The notes under the pieces were generated by a model. It was not told where the DNA came from, ran no database searches, and saw only the letters and a list, made by a program, of their open reading frames with translations. From a virus (Duplodnaviria; Caudoviricetes), in IMG/VR virus record IMGVR_UViG_3300021978_000001, positions 192,001 to 256,000 of that record: a stretch of 64,000 nt of DNA. The stretch is one strand, 5' to 3'. Shown here one piece after another: positions 40,721-50,679 of the stretch (the stretch's first letter is position 1; the number at the start of each line of letters is the position of its first letter). The translations under genes and the position numbers were made by a program.

Positions 40721-42145
40721 TCAGAACTCACCCTTGGAGAATGCGTCAGAGACGTCGGGTGCCGAAGTCCACAGATTCGAGAGGACATCGCCCCCTCCCT
40801 GTGCACTCGATTCCTTCACCCGCCCGAGAGACTGAATGTTCTTCTTGGTGCTTGCCTGGCGCTGGCCAGCAGGCTGCGTCGAGTATTGACGCGACATCAT
40901 CGCTTCGAGATCTTCATCTCCAGCCATCATCGCGTCATCATCGAAGGTGTCCATGGCAGGCATGAGGTCGAGCCCCATTCCCATGCCCATGGCTTCCTCT
41001 TCCATACCCGTGAGCATGGCGTCGAGGTCGTCTTCCATCTCCATGCCGTCATGCATCGAGTCGCCACCCACAGGCGCCCACTCGTCACCACAGCTATCGT
41101 GCTCCATGTCCTCTTCGTCATCTTCGCTGTAGACGAGAGAGTCGTGCTGCATGCCGTCACGCTCAAGCGCGTTCAGCTCTGCGAGCATGGAGTCAAGCGA
41201 GGCTTCCTTATCGGAGTCCTCGTCTTCATCATCATGATCTTCGGCCACCTTGAGACCAGCGGCCTTGAGTGCTGCCTGAACTTCTGTGCGGATGATGTCA
41301 GCAAGAGAAGCCTCCTTGGACTCCTCTTCCTCTTCTTCCTCATCATCCCCAGCAGTCACAGTCGAAGCGTCCTTATCGGACTCGTCTTCGTCCTCTTCAG
41401 CCATCTTGAGGCCAGCAGCCTTGAGCGCAGCCTGGACTTCTTTCTGGACGAGATCAGCGATCGAGGACTCCTTGTCAGACTCTTCATCCTCGTCTTCGTC
41501 CTCGTCCTCATCGTCTTCTGCATCCTTGGAAGCAGCTTGCTTGGCTTCCGCCTGCATCTGACGAAGCATCTCATCGGGGGTCAAGGAAGCGTCCTTATCG
41601 GACTCGTCGTGATCTTCCTCCTCATCGTCTCCCGCGAGGCGCGAAAGCTCTTCTGCTTCCGCGAGGCGAAGAATGGTCGCCACGAGCGCGTCATCAGGCA
41701 TGCTCATGAAGTCGAGAGCCTGCTCGGTGATCACTTCATCGCTGGCAGTGGGGATGAGAAGGCTGGCAATACGAACGCACTGGAGGGCCTTCTTTTCAGC
41801 GTAGCGCTGCATCTGTGCGGCGCGCTGTGCAGCCTGGCGTGGGTTGGTAGGCCCGTCCGAGACACCATTGGTGTCGGTGGGCTTGAACGACCCTGCGTTA
41901 TCGTAGGGCTGGCCGTCCATTGCCTCATCCACGTCCTTGTGATCGTGGGTGTTGTCGAGCATGGTAGGCATCGACACTTCATTGCGACCCTCTTGCTCGA
42001 AGCGGCTCAGGTCTTCCACAGGCTCTTCGGCCCATGCGGAAGGCTCACCCGTCATGTAATCTTCGACAGGGGGGTTGGTCTTATCTTGATTCATGGTGTA
42101 CGGGTCAGCGGAACGCTGCCACGTAAGTCGCTTACGACGGCTCAT
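40721..42145 (-). CDS. putative scaffolding protein, highly acidic with internal duplication
   Basis: Between protease and MCP; D/E tracts; two copies of EVQAALKAAGLK(M/V)AE; start re-assigned to ATG 42145 (GGAGGA RBS). Confidence 0.65.
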   Translation of the reverse strand: MSRRKRLTWQRSADPYTMNQDKTNPPVEDYMTGEPSAWAEEPVEDLSRFEQEGRNEVSMPTMLDNTHDHKDVDEAMDGQPYDNAGSFKPTDTNGVSDGPTNPRQAAQRAAQMQRYAEKKALQCVRIASLLIPTASDEVITEQALDFMSMPDDALVATILRLAEAEELSRLAGDDEEEDHDESDKDASLTPDEMLRQMQAEAKQAASKDAEDDEDEDEDEDEESDKESSIADLVQKEVQAALKAAGLKMAEEDEDESDKDASTVTAGDDEEEEEEESKEASLADIIRTEVQAALKAAGLKVAEDHDDEDEDSDKEASLDSMLAELNALERDGMQHDSLVYSEDDEEDMEHDSCGDEWAPVGGDSMHDGMEMEDDLDAMLTGMEEEAMGMGMGLDLMPAMDTFDDDAMMAGDEDLEAMMSRQYSTQPAGQRQASTKKNIQSLGRVKESSAQGGGDVLSNLWTSAPDVSDAFSKGEF

Positions 42146-42269
42146 GTTGATCCTCCAGAGCGGTAGGGGTCTTCGGTGCTTGCAAGTCCGGTCACTTACC
42201 CCTGCCATACAGGGGAGCGTCAAAGACGGTGCCTATAAGCGTAAAACCGGCGAAAATCCCTATTTTTTA

Positions 42270-42304
42270 AAAGACCCCTCGATACAAGGCTTGTATGAGG
42301 GGTT
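42270..42304 (-). terminator. probable intrinsic terminator after protease gene
   Basis: acccctc(g)atacaag-g-cttgtatgaggggt long stem, followed by CTTTT on the minus strand. Confidence 0.65.
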
Positions 42305-42325
42305 GGCGAGTAAGAAAAAACTCAT

Positions 42326-43843
42326 TCAGTTGAGCAGCGTGGCCGCATGTAGTGCTTGTTCGGCTTCTGCACGGGTCGGTACACGCCCCAGAGACGCCAT
42401 CAATGCCTTGAGGTAGGTCTTGGTATCCGCGTGACGCTTGAATGCCCCAGCGTGGACGAGAGCCTTATAGAACGAAGCCTCACGTACCTTACGGTTGGGG
42501 TTTTCACGATCTGCCATATACAAGGCGGTCACAATCTCGGAGTTCGCGAAGCGAGGACGCAAAGTCTCGTAACGCTCGGGTGACCCCATCGTGTAAAGAA
42601 GTGCGAACAAGCGACGGCGCGTGTCGATGTCAGGGACGTCCTGTGCATAACGGCGCGTGAAGAGTGCATAGGCCGCGTGCACATCCATCGAAGAATGATG
42701 GATGCTATCATTGGGCGCCATCTCCGCGCCGGGCATGTCCTTCTTGGGCTTCTCATCGCGAAGCTCCTTGCGAAGCTCGCGCATGGCCTTGTCCTTGACC
42801 TTGGTCTTGAACTGGTCCACGGCGTCTTCGAGAGGGGACTTCTCCTCTTCGGTATCCTCTTCCTCATCATCGAAGTCGAACGCCAACTTGAGCTGCATGT
42901 TGATCTGATCCATGGCAGCCTGTGCTGCATGCGCCGCCGTCTTGCGGAACATGTCCGTCCAATCCGGGATCACCTGCGATTGCATGGTGTATGCATGTTC
43001 GATGCGTTGAGAGAGATCAGCGCTATCGTAACGACCAGGGACGTGCGTCGTGGGGCCACCTTCGAGGATGTTACGCATCACCGCTCCCTTGAACGCGGGA
43101 TTGCCCACCCAGGATGCCTCGATAAAGACCACAGACTCGGGGTCCGTGTGGTGTCCACACAGCTCCGCGACCACGCGAATGGCGCCATCGGGACCGATGA
43201 ACTTGTTGCCCTTCTCATAGCGGACGTGACGGCACAACTCGACGTCATCCTTGGCGACGTTGCCGCACTTGGTGCACACGCTGTAAGCAATGGTGCAGCC
43301 CATCGACAAGGTGTTCAACTCACCCGACTCGATGCGCGCGATCAGATCACGATGCTTGCGGTCTGTTGCCACGAGGATGTCAACATAGACGGTATCCCCG
43401 AGGTCTCGGGCCACCGCGTCGATGATCTTCCCCTTGGACAGCTCGGGCACCTGGATATGCTCGACGTAATTCTCTGCACCTACGAAGGTGTTGTACGTCG
43501 CCATCAAGAGCTTGCGCTCCCAGGCATCCCCGTTCTGGTTGATGTAACGCGAGCACTCAGGCTTGATCAGGTAGTCGGCATGGGGGCGGTTGATCTCCTC
43601 CCCATCTGCGTTCTTGACCTTCGAGCCTGTCTTGACGTTGGGGGCATCATCCACATCGACCGATGCAATGATCGTGCAGTGGGTCAAGAGATAATCATCA
43701 GGGCTGTACTGGGACAACATCGTATTCGCGACACGACTCCCATGCGCGCCCGCCTTGAGCGCGGCAGCACGGGACATGTTCCACTGATCGAGACCGACCA
43801 TCGGATGTTGAACAACAGCATTTGCAGTACGGATCATGGCCAT
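42326..43843 (-). CDS. prohead maturation protease
   Basis: YINQNGDAW..FVGAENYVEH..LSMGC..CTKCG..C.H..FIEASWVGNPAF; position upstream of scaffold and MCP. Confidence 0.75.
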   Translation of the reverse strand: MAMIRTANAVVQHPMVGLDQWNMSRAAALKAGAHGSRVANTMLSQYSPDDYLLTHCTIIASVDVDDAPNVKTGSKVKNADGEEINRPHADYLIKPECSRYINQNGDAWERKLLMATYNTFVGAENYVEHIQVPELSKGKIIDAVARDLGDTVYVDILVATDRKHRDLIARIESGELNTLSMGCTIAYSVCTKCGNVAKDDVELCRHVRYEKGNKFIGPDGAIRVVAELCGHHTDPESVVFIEASWVGNPAFKGAVMRNILEGGPTTHVPGRYDSADLSQRIEHAYTMQSQVIPDWTDMFRKTAAHAAQAAMDQINMQLKLAFDFDDEEEDTEEEKSPLEDAVDQFKTKVKDKAMRELRKELRDEKPKKDMPGAEMAPNDSIHHSSMDVHAAYALFTRRYAQDVPDIDTRRRLFALLYTMGSPERYETLRPRFANSEIVTALYMADRENPNRKVREASFYKALVHAGAFKRHADTKTYLKALMASLGRVPTRAEAEQALHAATLLN

Positions 43844-43848
43844 GGGGG

Positions 43849-44133
43849 TTACTCCTCGTTGTGCCTCTGCATGAGCAAAGGCATCAAATCCGAACGCAAC
43901 TCCGGGCGATCGAGCGCCAACTCGACCAGCTCCGCATACAAAGCGCGCTCTTCTTGATCAGTGATCTGGGGAACTCGACTCAAAGTATTCAACAACTGCA
44001 ACCCAGGCGCCTGAAGATCCTGCGAAGATGCGGTGCGTACCGTACCGAAATACAAGCGCGCGGCCTGACGAAAGGATTCATCTCGTGAAGCGCGCGCAGT
44101 AAAAGCACGCTTGATGTCCGCAGGGATTTTCAT
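43849..44133 (-). CDS. small protein with a C-terminal copy of the leader
   Basis: ATGA-coupled start at 44133; ..VRTASS..; ends ELVELALDRPELRSDLMPLLMQR. Confidence 0.65.
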   Translation of the reverse strand: MKIPADIKRAFTARASRDESFRQAARLYFGTVRTASSQDLQAPGLQLLNTLSRVPQITDQEERALYAELVELALDRPELRSDLMPLLMQRHNEE

Positions 44134-44543
44134 TTCAAATGATCCGAGAGCTTCTGGTCGATCGCAGCAAACAAATCCTCCAAGGACTCGTGTTGCCCGG
44201 TCTCCCACTTGTGGAACTGCGCATCCTGGAAGCTCGTACCCACGTGCAACATGGTCTCGATGTCGTAGCCATCACCCTTGTGCACGATGTCGAACTTGAG
44301 ACGCCATTGTACCTGTGTGATCTGACCCTCCAGATAACCAGGCTCGCGCTTGGTGATAGAAGTGTCGTAGTCACACGCGGTCGCGTAAGCGTCGGTCAAC
44401 TCCTTGAGGAAGTGGTTTCGCACGAAGTCGAAAATCGCCACATCAAGCGTGGACAACCCCGCGCGTTTGAGCACCGGACCCAACGCCTCACGCAACGTAG
44501 GCCGCGCGAGAGCGAGGCCGATGAGTTGGTGGTGCAAAGGCAT
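44130..44543 (-). CDS. leader-tagged protein 12 (divergent tag)
   Basis: MPLHHQLIGLALARPTLREALGPVLKRAG. Confidence 0.75.
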   Translation of the reverse strand: MPLHHQLIGLALARPTLREALGPVLKRAGLSTLDVAIFDFVRNHFLKELTDAYATACDYDTSITKREPGYLEGQITQVQWRLKFDIVHKGDGYDIETMLHVGTSFQDAQFHKWETGQHESLEDLFAAIDQKLSDHLK

Positions 44544-44552
44544 TCGTACTCC

Positions 44553-44948
44553 TTAGAAGCGGACGGGACCCTTCACCTTGAAGCGCTTCGCAAGAAGCGA
44601 AACCATGTCGGGCAACATATCAGGTTGGAAATTCCGCAAAGGCGCCATCACCACGAGATTCTTATCGAGGGCCTCGACCAACACCCCACCCGCGTCCGCC
44701 GCGACACCGAGCGAACGCATATGCTTCGCGATGTCCTCGGTCATCTTGGCAGTCTCCCTGGCCGTATGCTCGACCACAGCGAGCGACGCACCAGAGACGA
44801 GACTGCGCCCGATGTACACACCGTGATAAGCGGTGTACAACGTGTAGGTTGCCGCTTGCTTATCAAGGTGTGCGATCACAGGCTTGAGATCTTGACGAAG
44901 CTCGGGCTTTGCGTTACCGAGTCGAATGAGTTGCGCTTTCAAATCCAT
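44553..44948 (-). CDS. leader-tagged protein 13
   Basis: MDLKAQLIRLGNAKPELRQDLKPVIAHLDKQA; start re-assigned to 44948. Confidence 0.85.
   Translation of the reverse strand: MDLKAQLIRLGNAKPELRQDLKPVIAHLDKQAATYTLYTAYHGVYIGRSLVSGASLAVVEHTARETAKMTEDIAKHMRSLGVAADAGGVLVEALDKNLVVMAPLRNFQPDMLPDMVSLLAKRFKVKGPVRF
44872..44888. repeat. 17-nt exact repeat, copy 4 of 5
   Basis: GCGATCACAGGCTTGAG. Confidence 0.9.
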
Positions 44949-44959
44949 GAGCTTTCTCC

Positions 44960-45721
44960 TTAGAGCCATTCATTGAGGACCGAGTTGGGGCTCGTAAACT
45001 CCAAGCCCTCATCCTCTTCCTCACACTCCACGGGTTCAGCATCGCAATCCACGAGGTCACCCGGCTTGATCAAGAAAAGACACTCACCACAAGCATAGAG
45101 CCGGGTGCGCTTTTTGTAGACCGTGCGACCCATCTCGCATTTACAACGCGGACAGAAGAGCACGCCGGTCTCGCGTTCTTGCTTGGTCGGCACGTACTGA
45201 CGTCCTCGTGCCTTCCAGTAGATCGCCACCTTGTCGCTGACATCGTATGCAAACTGCACAGCCTCACGCACGACATCATCCCCGTAGGTCGAAGCGTAAC
45301 GTGTGGCCATCTTGCTGTAGGCATCCATCTCGTCGATACCGACTTCGCGCATGCGCAAAGCTGTCTCGTAGAGCGTACCTGCATGACGCGCAAAGAGCGC
45401 AGCGACCACCTTATACAAAGGAGGCGCGCTCGCGCTCTTGCGACGGTCATACGAATCGAGGAAATCAGAATACACCGCAGGTGCTCCCTCGACCTTCATG
45501 AGAAGATCAGGGCTCATACGATCCGTACCCCAGGGAAAAGCCACGTCCACAAAGCCAATGCCAGACAGCACAGCTTCGACGCGACCCTCAAGGAAGTTCG
45601 GGAACTCACGTCCCCTCACAGGATCGACCTTACGCACCAGCTCGCCCACTTTGAATTGGGCGGCAAGTGCCTGGTAGTCTACATACGATGTTTTCATGAT
45701 GAATCCTCGAAGCATCAACAA
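44960..45721 (-). CDS. hypothetical protein with N-terminal SH3-like barrel and C-terminal zinc ribbon
   Basis: FKVGELVRK..GRVEAV..VDVAF; CPRC...CGEC. Confidence 0.65.
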   Translation of the reverse strand: MLMLRGFIMKTSYVDYQALAAQFKVGELVRKVDPVRGREFPNFLEGRVEAVLSGIGFVDVAFPWGTDRMSPDLLMKVEGAPAVYSDFLDSYDRRKSASAPPLYKVVAALFARHAGTLYETALRMREVGIDEMDAYSKMATRYASTYGDDVVREAVQFAYDVSDKVAIYWKARGRQYVPTKQERETGVLFCPRCKCEMGRTVYKKRTRLYACGECLFLIKPGDLVDCDAEPVECEEEDEGLEFTSPNSVLNEWL

Positions 45722-45751
45722 AGCATTGGCTTCAACACAGCGTGCGAGGGC

Positions 45752-46192
45752 TCACCAGTTGCGCCAGTCCGAATCCGCATCTGCGTCGAGGTCTGTCATC
45801 CACCATGCGTCCGAAGCATCTACCTGGTCGCTGGAATCCTCACCACCAGGCGTCGAGTTGCCTGGCGTAAGCTCGGGGTGGTCGATGAGCTGGTCGAACG
45901 TGTCATCACGGAAATGATCCATGTAGGGCTCGTCCGCGTCCATTTGGTTATCCACGGGACCTGCTTCGTCGAAGGTCTCCATGTAGTCTTCGTCGTTCTC
46001 GTGCTCGATCACGTCAGCATCACGATCGTCACCGATCATACGCTCCAGGCGATCCGAAACGCGATCGAGGTCGTATGCGTGCTGATACGCTTCACGCGCG
46101 GAGAGCCCGTACTTGCCGGGGTTCTCCTGAATCATCGTAGCGAGCTTATCCATGCGCTGTGTCAACGACAGCACGTTTGCCTTCTTGAGCAT
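45752..46192 (-). CDS. small acidic protein with DADx(x)xYM repeats
   Basis: ENDEDYMETF / DADEPYMDHF; start re-assigned to 46192. Confidence 0.65.
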   Translation of the reverse strand: MLKKANVLSLTQRMDKLATMIQENPGKYGLSAREAYQHAYDLDRVSDRLERMIGDDRDADVIEHENDEDYMETFDEAGPVDNQMDADEPYMDHFRDDTFDQLIDHPELTPGNSTPGGEDSSDQVDASDAWWMTDLDADADSDWRNW

Positions 46193-46306
46193 GACTTGTC
46201 TCCTCGTAGTGAGGTGGAGGTTTGGGGCCTTGGACACACCTTATGCGTGCTCGAAGACCCGATGGTATCAAAGGATTATTCAACTGCCGGGTCTCTCACC
46301 TGACTT

Positions 46307-48331
46307 TCATGTGATCCGGCGAAGAATACCGAGGAGGCGTTCGTAAGTCGGAGCATCAATCATGCCTGCATACTTGTACTGCGACGCCGTGTGGATCGCA
46401 TAATCGAGAGCCAGACACAGAAGCATATCTTCCTGTGCACCTTCCATCTCACGCACATAAGCAAGGCGAGAATCCGTCAACCAGAGCTTCGCTTCGCTCA
46501 AGATGAGCTGGTAGTCTTCCAACTCCAGGCACATCGACCCCAGGGGCAATCGCCACTCGGGCGCGGGCGGGCTCTCCTTGCGGGGGAGGGGACCCGGGAG
46601 TCCTCGGTACTGCGCGGTGCGTGCACGATGCGTCGCGCTCGCACGGTATGCACGAGTCATCCCATGCGCGAAACTCTTTGCGAGCACATGAGCTTTCTTC
46701 TCATTATCCATCAGGGCCTCCAGGAGTTGGGCCATCCAGGCGCCAAAGCCATCACGAGACACATTCTCGGGGGTCTTGGTCGCGCGCTGTTCTTGCTGAC
46801 GCCTCATGATAAACGCCTTGACCTGAATCGGATCGAAGGTTCGAGCACGTCCAGGCTCATCAGGCGTCATACGCAACTGCTCGAAGTAGCCTTGCGTCAA
46901 GAAATCATCGGTCAAGTAATCGAAGAGGCGTTGACGAAAAGCCTGACTCAACACAGCTCCGTCACTCGGAGTGTCCGCATCGTAATCCAACGCCATGCGG
47001 TAGTCCGGGTTATCCTTTACCAAGTCCACAAGCTCTTTATCGGAGAGCTTGCGCATGTTATCCACGAATCCCTTGACGGCATCCGGGTCAGTAAAGTCTA
47101 CCTTGCTGGGATCAAGACCCTCCTTACCCGCGTCCTCCATGGTCTTGAGGAGCTGACCATAGCCTGTGGTAGCATCAAAGCTCTTCTTGGCCAGGACTTC
47201 ACCCATCATACCGCGCAACTCGGTGTAATACTTGTGCGCGCTCGACCCCTCCTCTTGCTTTTCGATCACTTCATCGAGGTCTTCGATGGCCTTGGCCACG
47301 TCCGCCTTCGAGGAGAACAAGGCAGACTGGTAGAGCTTGGGTGAATCGAAATTGAGCTGACGCACCATCGCGGTATCATCGAGCTTGTTGAGTGCTGTCT
47401 TCGAGGGCATCAGCTTCGTGATGCTCACGTTCTCATCCGAGAGCGAAGGCAAGTTACGAAGCTCACCACGCGCCTCTTCGTACACTTTCTGGATCTCTTC
47501 GTAGTACGCCGCCTTGTTCCGATCGTTCTCGCGCACCGCTTGCGCCATGCGCTCAGACACATCCGCCAGGCCAGCATCATGGTCATACACGTCCCAGTTC
47601 TTGGCATGAGTCTCCAACTTCTGGCGCGTCTCTGCGGAGAGTTCACCCTCGAAGTCTTCGGGCATCTCCTGGACACCTTCAGGGTACGGCTGCTTTTGTT
47701 CGAGCATCACCTGGCGGGCCGCTTGCGAGTCGATCGAATCAGGGTTATCCGAGACAGCCTTGTCATACAGATCATCGTAGGTTGCCCCTGAATCACGATA
47801 CTTCTGCGCTCGCGCGTCCACCTTCTCTTCCGGTGTCATGTCTTCGGGGGCCTTGGGCTCCTCTGGAGCGACAGACTGCCCAAGCTCCTCCATAAGCGAC
47901 CTCTCGGTCTCGGAAAGCTCTTCGACAGGCTCATCGGCCTCTGGTCGAATCTGAAGCTGCTTTTCGTGCGGCTCCTCTTCCTCGACCTCCTCTTCAGGTG
48001 ACGCCTCCTCTTCCGTCGAGGTCTCGTCTTGCTCCTGAATCGTGTGATCCTTACGGTCCGCCCCCGGGTGCTTTTCCTTGTAGGCTTCCCACGCCTCTTC
48101 GGTCGCAAACTCCATGGCCATCAAGTACAAGCGCGCGACCCTCCCCCCGATGTCCTTGTAGTTCAGGGAGAGGTCCTTGTCCTTGGTGTCTGTGTCTCGA
48201 TCCTTCTGCTCGACACGACCACGCTCCTTATCACGGCGCGGGGGTTTCTTGGTCGGGCTCTTACGCACCAAGCGCTGTGCCTCTTCTTCCTCGCGCTCTG
48301 CATCTGACTTTGTAGCGTCACGTTTCATCAT
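46307..48331 (-). CDS. large acidic hypothetical protein, probably head-associated
   Basis: 674 aa directly downstream of portal; contains GRVARLYLMA. Confidence 0.65.
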   Translation of the reverse strand: MMKRDATKSDAEREEEEAQRLVRKSPTKKPPRRDKERGRVEQKDRDTDTKDKDLSLNYKDIGGRVARLYLMAMEFATEEAWEAYKEKHPGADRKDHTIQEQDETSTEEEASPEEEVEEEEPHEKQLQIRPEADEPVEELSETERSLMEELGQSVAPEEPKAPEDMTPEEKVDARAQKYRDSGATYDDLYDKAVSDNPDSIDSQAARQVMLEQKQPYPEGVQEMPEDFEGELSAETRQKLETHAKNWDVYDHDAGLADVSERMAQAVRENDRNKAAYYEEIQKVYEEARGELRNLPSLSDENVSITKLMPSKTALNKLDDTAMVRQLNFDSPKLYQSALFSSKADVAKAIEDLDEVIEKQEEGSSAHKYYTELRGMMGEVLAKKSFDATTGYGQLLKTMEDAGKEGLDPSKVDFTDPDAVKGFVDNMRKLSDKELVDLVKDNPDYRMALDYDADTPSDGAVLSQAFRQRLFDYLTDDFLTQGYFEQLRMTPDEPGRARTFDPIQVKAFIMRRQQEQRATKTPENVSRDGFGAWMAQLLEALMDNEKKAHVLAKSFAHGMTRAYRASATHRARTAQYRGLPGPLPRKESPPAPEWRLPLGSMCLELEDYQLILSEAKLWLTDSRLAYVREMEGAQEDMLLCLALDYAIHTASQYKYAGMIDAPTYERLLGILRRIT

Positions 48332-50246
48332 CGGTGTCCATAGCAGTTTGCATCATCTGAGCCACGCGTTGACTCAGATCAGGATTTGCGGCGAGCGCTC
48401 CCGCGATATAGGAAGCCATGTGTGCCTCATCAGAAGGCGGCATGGCAGCCCCCTTCCTACGAGTCGAACCGAAGCGCGAATTGGTATCCTTGGGCGGCTT
48501 GTAAGACAGCTCCAGGTAGTCCGCCACGCGCTCCAGCATATCCGACTGCTCGGGCAGGGAACGTCCAAGCTCCGAATACGAACTCCTCAAAATCTCGTTG
48601 AACAACGAATCGTTCATGGTCAAGAAATCCTGACGCAAGCGCTCCTCGACCGCCTGGGGGTCGAGGTTGAACAGCTCCAGGATATATCCAACCGCGAGGC
48701 TTCCCTTCTGGTAGAGGTTGAACATCGCATCGAACGTGTCACGGTTATCGCGCAAGGCGAGACGCGTGAAGCTCAACTCGGGGTACAACACCACCTCATT
48801 GCCAAACTCATCATACTCTACGAAGCCCTTCTTGATCGCCACGGGGCGGAACAGGTTCTCTTCGACGTACTGCTGCATGCGTTCGCGATACAACATATAC
48901 CTCGTGTTGATCACCTCGATATTGATGCGCTCTCCTGAGTAGCTCGACTCACCCGTGAGCATGGACTCGGTGACACCCAGACCCGCGAAGAGCTGGCGAT
49001 CGGTGATGTCATACTCGGAGTTCAGGTCGAGCAGGCGATCACGCGCAGAGATCTCCTCCCAGGTCACCTGGAAGTTTGTGATCAGCGAGTAATCAGGGTC
49101 GAGCAACATCAAGTCCACCTGCTCGCGCAGCTCCTCGACGTCTGCGAGGCTCATGTCCTCTGCATAAATCAAGCGCTTGGGAGTCATGGCGCGCGATGCA
49201 ATCGACGTCTGCGCCTGACGCAGCTTGTCGCGATACACGAGCACGCGCATCACAGACTGCAAGATCGAGATGCCGTGATCTTTCCCCGGCTCCTTGTTTC
49301 GCGGGAGGTGATACACGAACGAACCCTCGTCCGGGTCTGTCCCGAGAGGAAGGTTCTCTCCCTGCGCGATGTAGTGGATGATTTCCTCGGGGACATCAGC
49401 CAGCGCTTCGATGGCGTTGGGGTCCTCCATAATAGCAGCCTGGACCAGAGCCTTGGTGCGCTCGTCCGGGACCAGCTCGACCTTGTAAGCTCTGGAGTAA
49501 GAATAAGTCTCCAGCCTTACCTGGTCGGGGGGCAGCAAGATCACACGATCCCACCCCTTGTAGTGCTGCTGCTTGTATGCTCGAATACGATCATCCGCAT
49601 CATCGACACGTTGACGAATGATGCTTGTTTCCCCCGAGGCGGTATCGAGATGATTGACGTCCTCCGTATAGACGTACTCGGGAACATCGACCTCGGAATC
49701 CTCCGCAAACAGGAAGGCTTCCCCGACCACATAGAACTCACGCGTGGCATCCACCAGGAGATTCAAGAGGTCGATACGCTTGACCATATCCTCGTAGAAT
49801 TTCAAGATTTGGCGGTTGCGCTTGGGGTCCTTCCCCTTGGGCATCGTCAAACGGAGCTTCGATAGTGGCAGCTCGGTGTGCAAGATCACCGCTTGCTGCA
49901 CATAAGGGTCGTTATTGTAGAAGAAACGGTAGTACGACCGCATCTCCGCCAGGTTTTGAGGCAGCTCCAGGAAATCAGTGGAGAGCTGTGGCGAATAGAT
50001 GTTGGTCGCGCTTCCCAGGGAGACGTTAGCCGAACCCATCCCGAGACCGCCCCCCATACCCCCACCAAAGCCATAACCGTAAGCGCCGGAGCCTCCTACA
50101 TAGTTGCTGACCTTGTTGGCGCGCGATGCGATGCGTGAGCTAGGCCGTACCTCTGCTTGACCCGAAGCAGACATCATGCGTCTTACCTGAGAGACAGAGG
50201 ACACCGTGATCGCATCCGCGTTTTGCTTGTTCAATTTCGAGGGCAT
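48318..50246 (-). CDS. portal protein
   Basis: Follows terminase; YRFFYNNDPYVQQAVILHTELP..GISILQSV..PKRLI..LFAGLGV..LTGESSYSG. Confidence 0.75.
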   Translation of the reverse strand: MPSKLNKQNADAITVSSVSQVRRMMSASGQAEVRPSSRIASRANKVSNYVGGSGAYGYGFGGGMGGGLGMGSANVSLGSATNIYSPQLSTDFLELPQNLAEMRSYYRFFYNNDPYVQQAVILHTELPLSKLRLTMPKGKDPKRNRQILKFYEDMVKRIDLLNLLVDATREFYVVGEAFLFAEDSEVDVPEYVYTEDVNHLDTASGETSIIRQRVDDADDRIRAYKQQHYKGWDRVILLPPDQVRLETYSYSRAYKVELVPDERTKALVQAAIMEDPNAIEALADVPEEIIHYIAQGENLPLGTDPDEGSFVYHLPRNKEPGKDHGISILQSVMRVLVYRDKLRQAQTSIASRAMTPKRLIYAEDMSLADVEELREQVDLMLLDPDYSLITNFQVTWEEISARDRLLDLNSEYDITDRQLFAGLGVTESMLTGESSYSGERINIEVINTRYMLYRERMQQYVEENLFRPVAIKKGFVEYDEFGNEVVLYPELSFTRLALRDNRDTFDAMFNLYQKGSLAVGYILELFNLDPQAVEERLRQDFLTMNDSLFNEILRSSYSELGRSLPEQSDMLERVADYLELSYKPPKDTNSRFGSTRRKGAAMPPSDEAHMASYIAGALAANPDLSQRVAQMMQTAMDTDDET

Positions 50247-50262
50247 GTTCTACTCCAAATAA

Positions 50263-50679
50263 TCAAAGGGACAGGAACCGGCGAAGCGCACGCTGAAGCT
50301 CATCTTCGACCTCGACCGCACCATGCTCCAATGCACGATCCGCCTGACGATGAAGAAGCTGCTTCTGATACTCCTGCTCCTGAATACGCGCACGTACCGT
50401 CACCATCTTACGGCGCATCGCACGCAACACACTGACACCCTCAAGACCTGCGACCAGGGCACGAAAGCTCCTGGACTCGTTTTGAGCAATGCGAGACAGC
50501 TCACGCTCACCACGACAGAGCGCGATCAACGTGAGCATCTGGTCAGCAAACTCGCGCGTGACCCGCAAGACACGACGCTCTGTTTGTTCCATCTGACGAA
50601 GGTGGGCTTCGATCTCATCGAGGTCTTGTAGGGTCAAACTCATTTCTGATCTCTCTTCCAGGCAACATACGCCTTGCAC
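50263..50679 (-). CDS. hypothetical coiled-coil protein
   Basis: Packed between terminase and portal. Confidence 0.55.
   Translation of the reverse strand: MQGVCCLEERSEMSLTLQDLDEIEAHLRQMEQTERRVLRVTREFADQMLTLIALCRGERELSRIAQNESRSFRALVAGLEGVSVLRAMRRKMVTVRARIQEQEYQKQLLHRQADRALEHGAVEVEDELQRALRRFLSL

Noticed and set aside
40721-48331. Acidic and low-complexity tracts as microsatellites or phase-variation sites
   Set aside because: They are codon-level D/E repeats with varied wobble bases, not simple-sequence DNA repeats.
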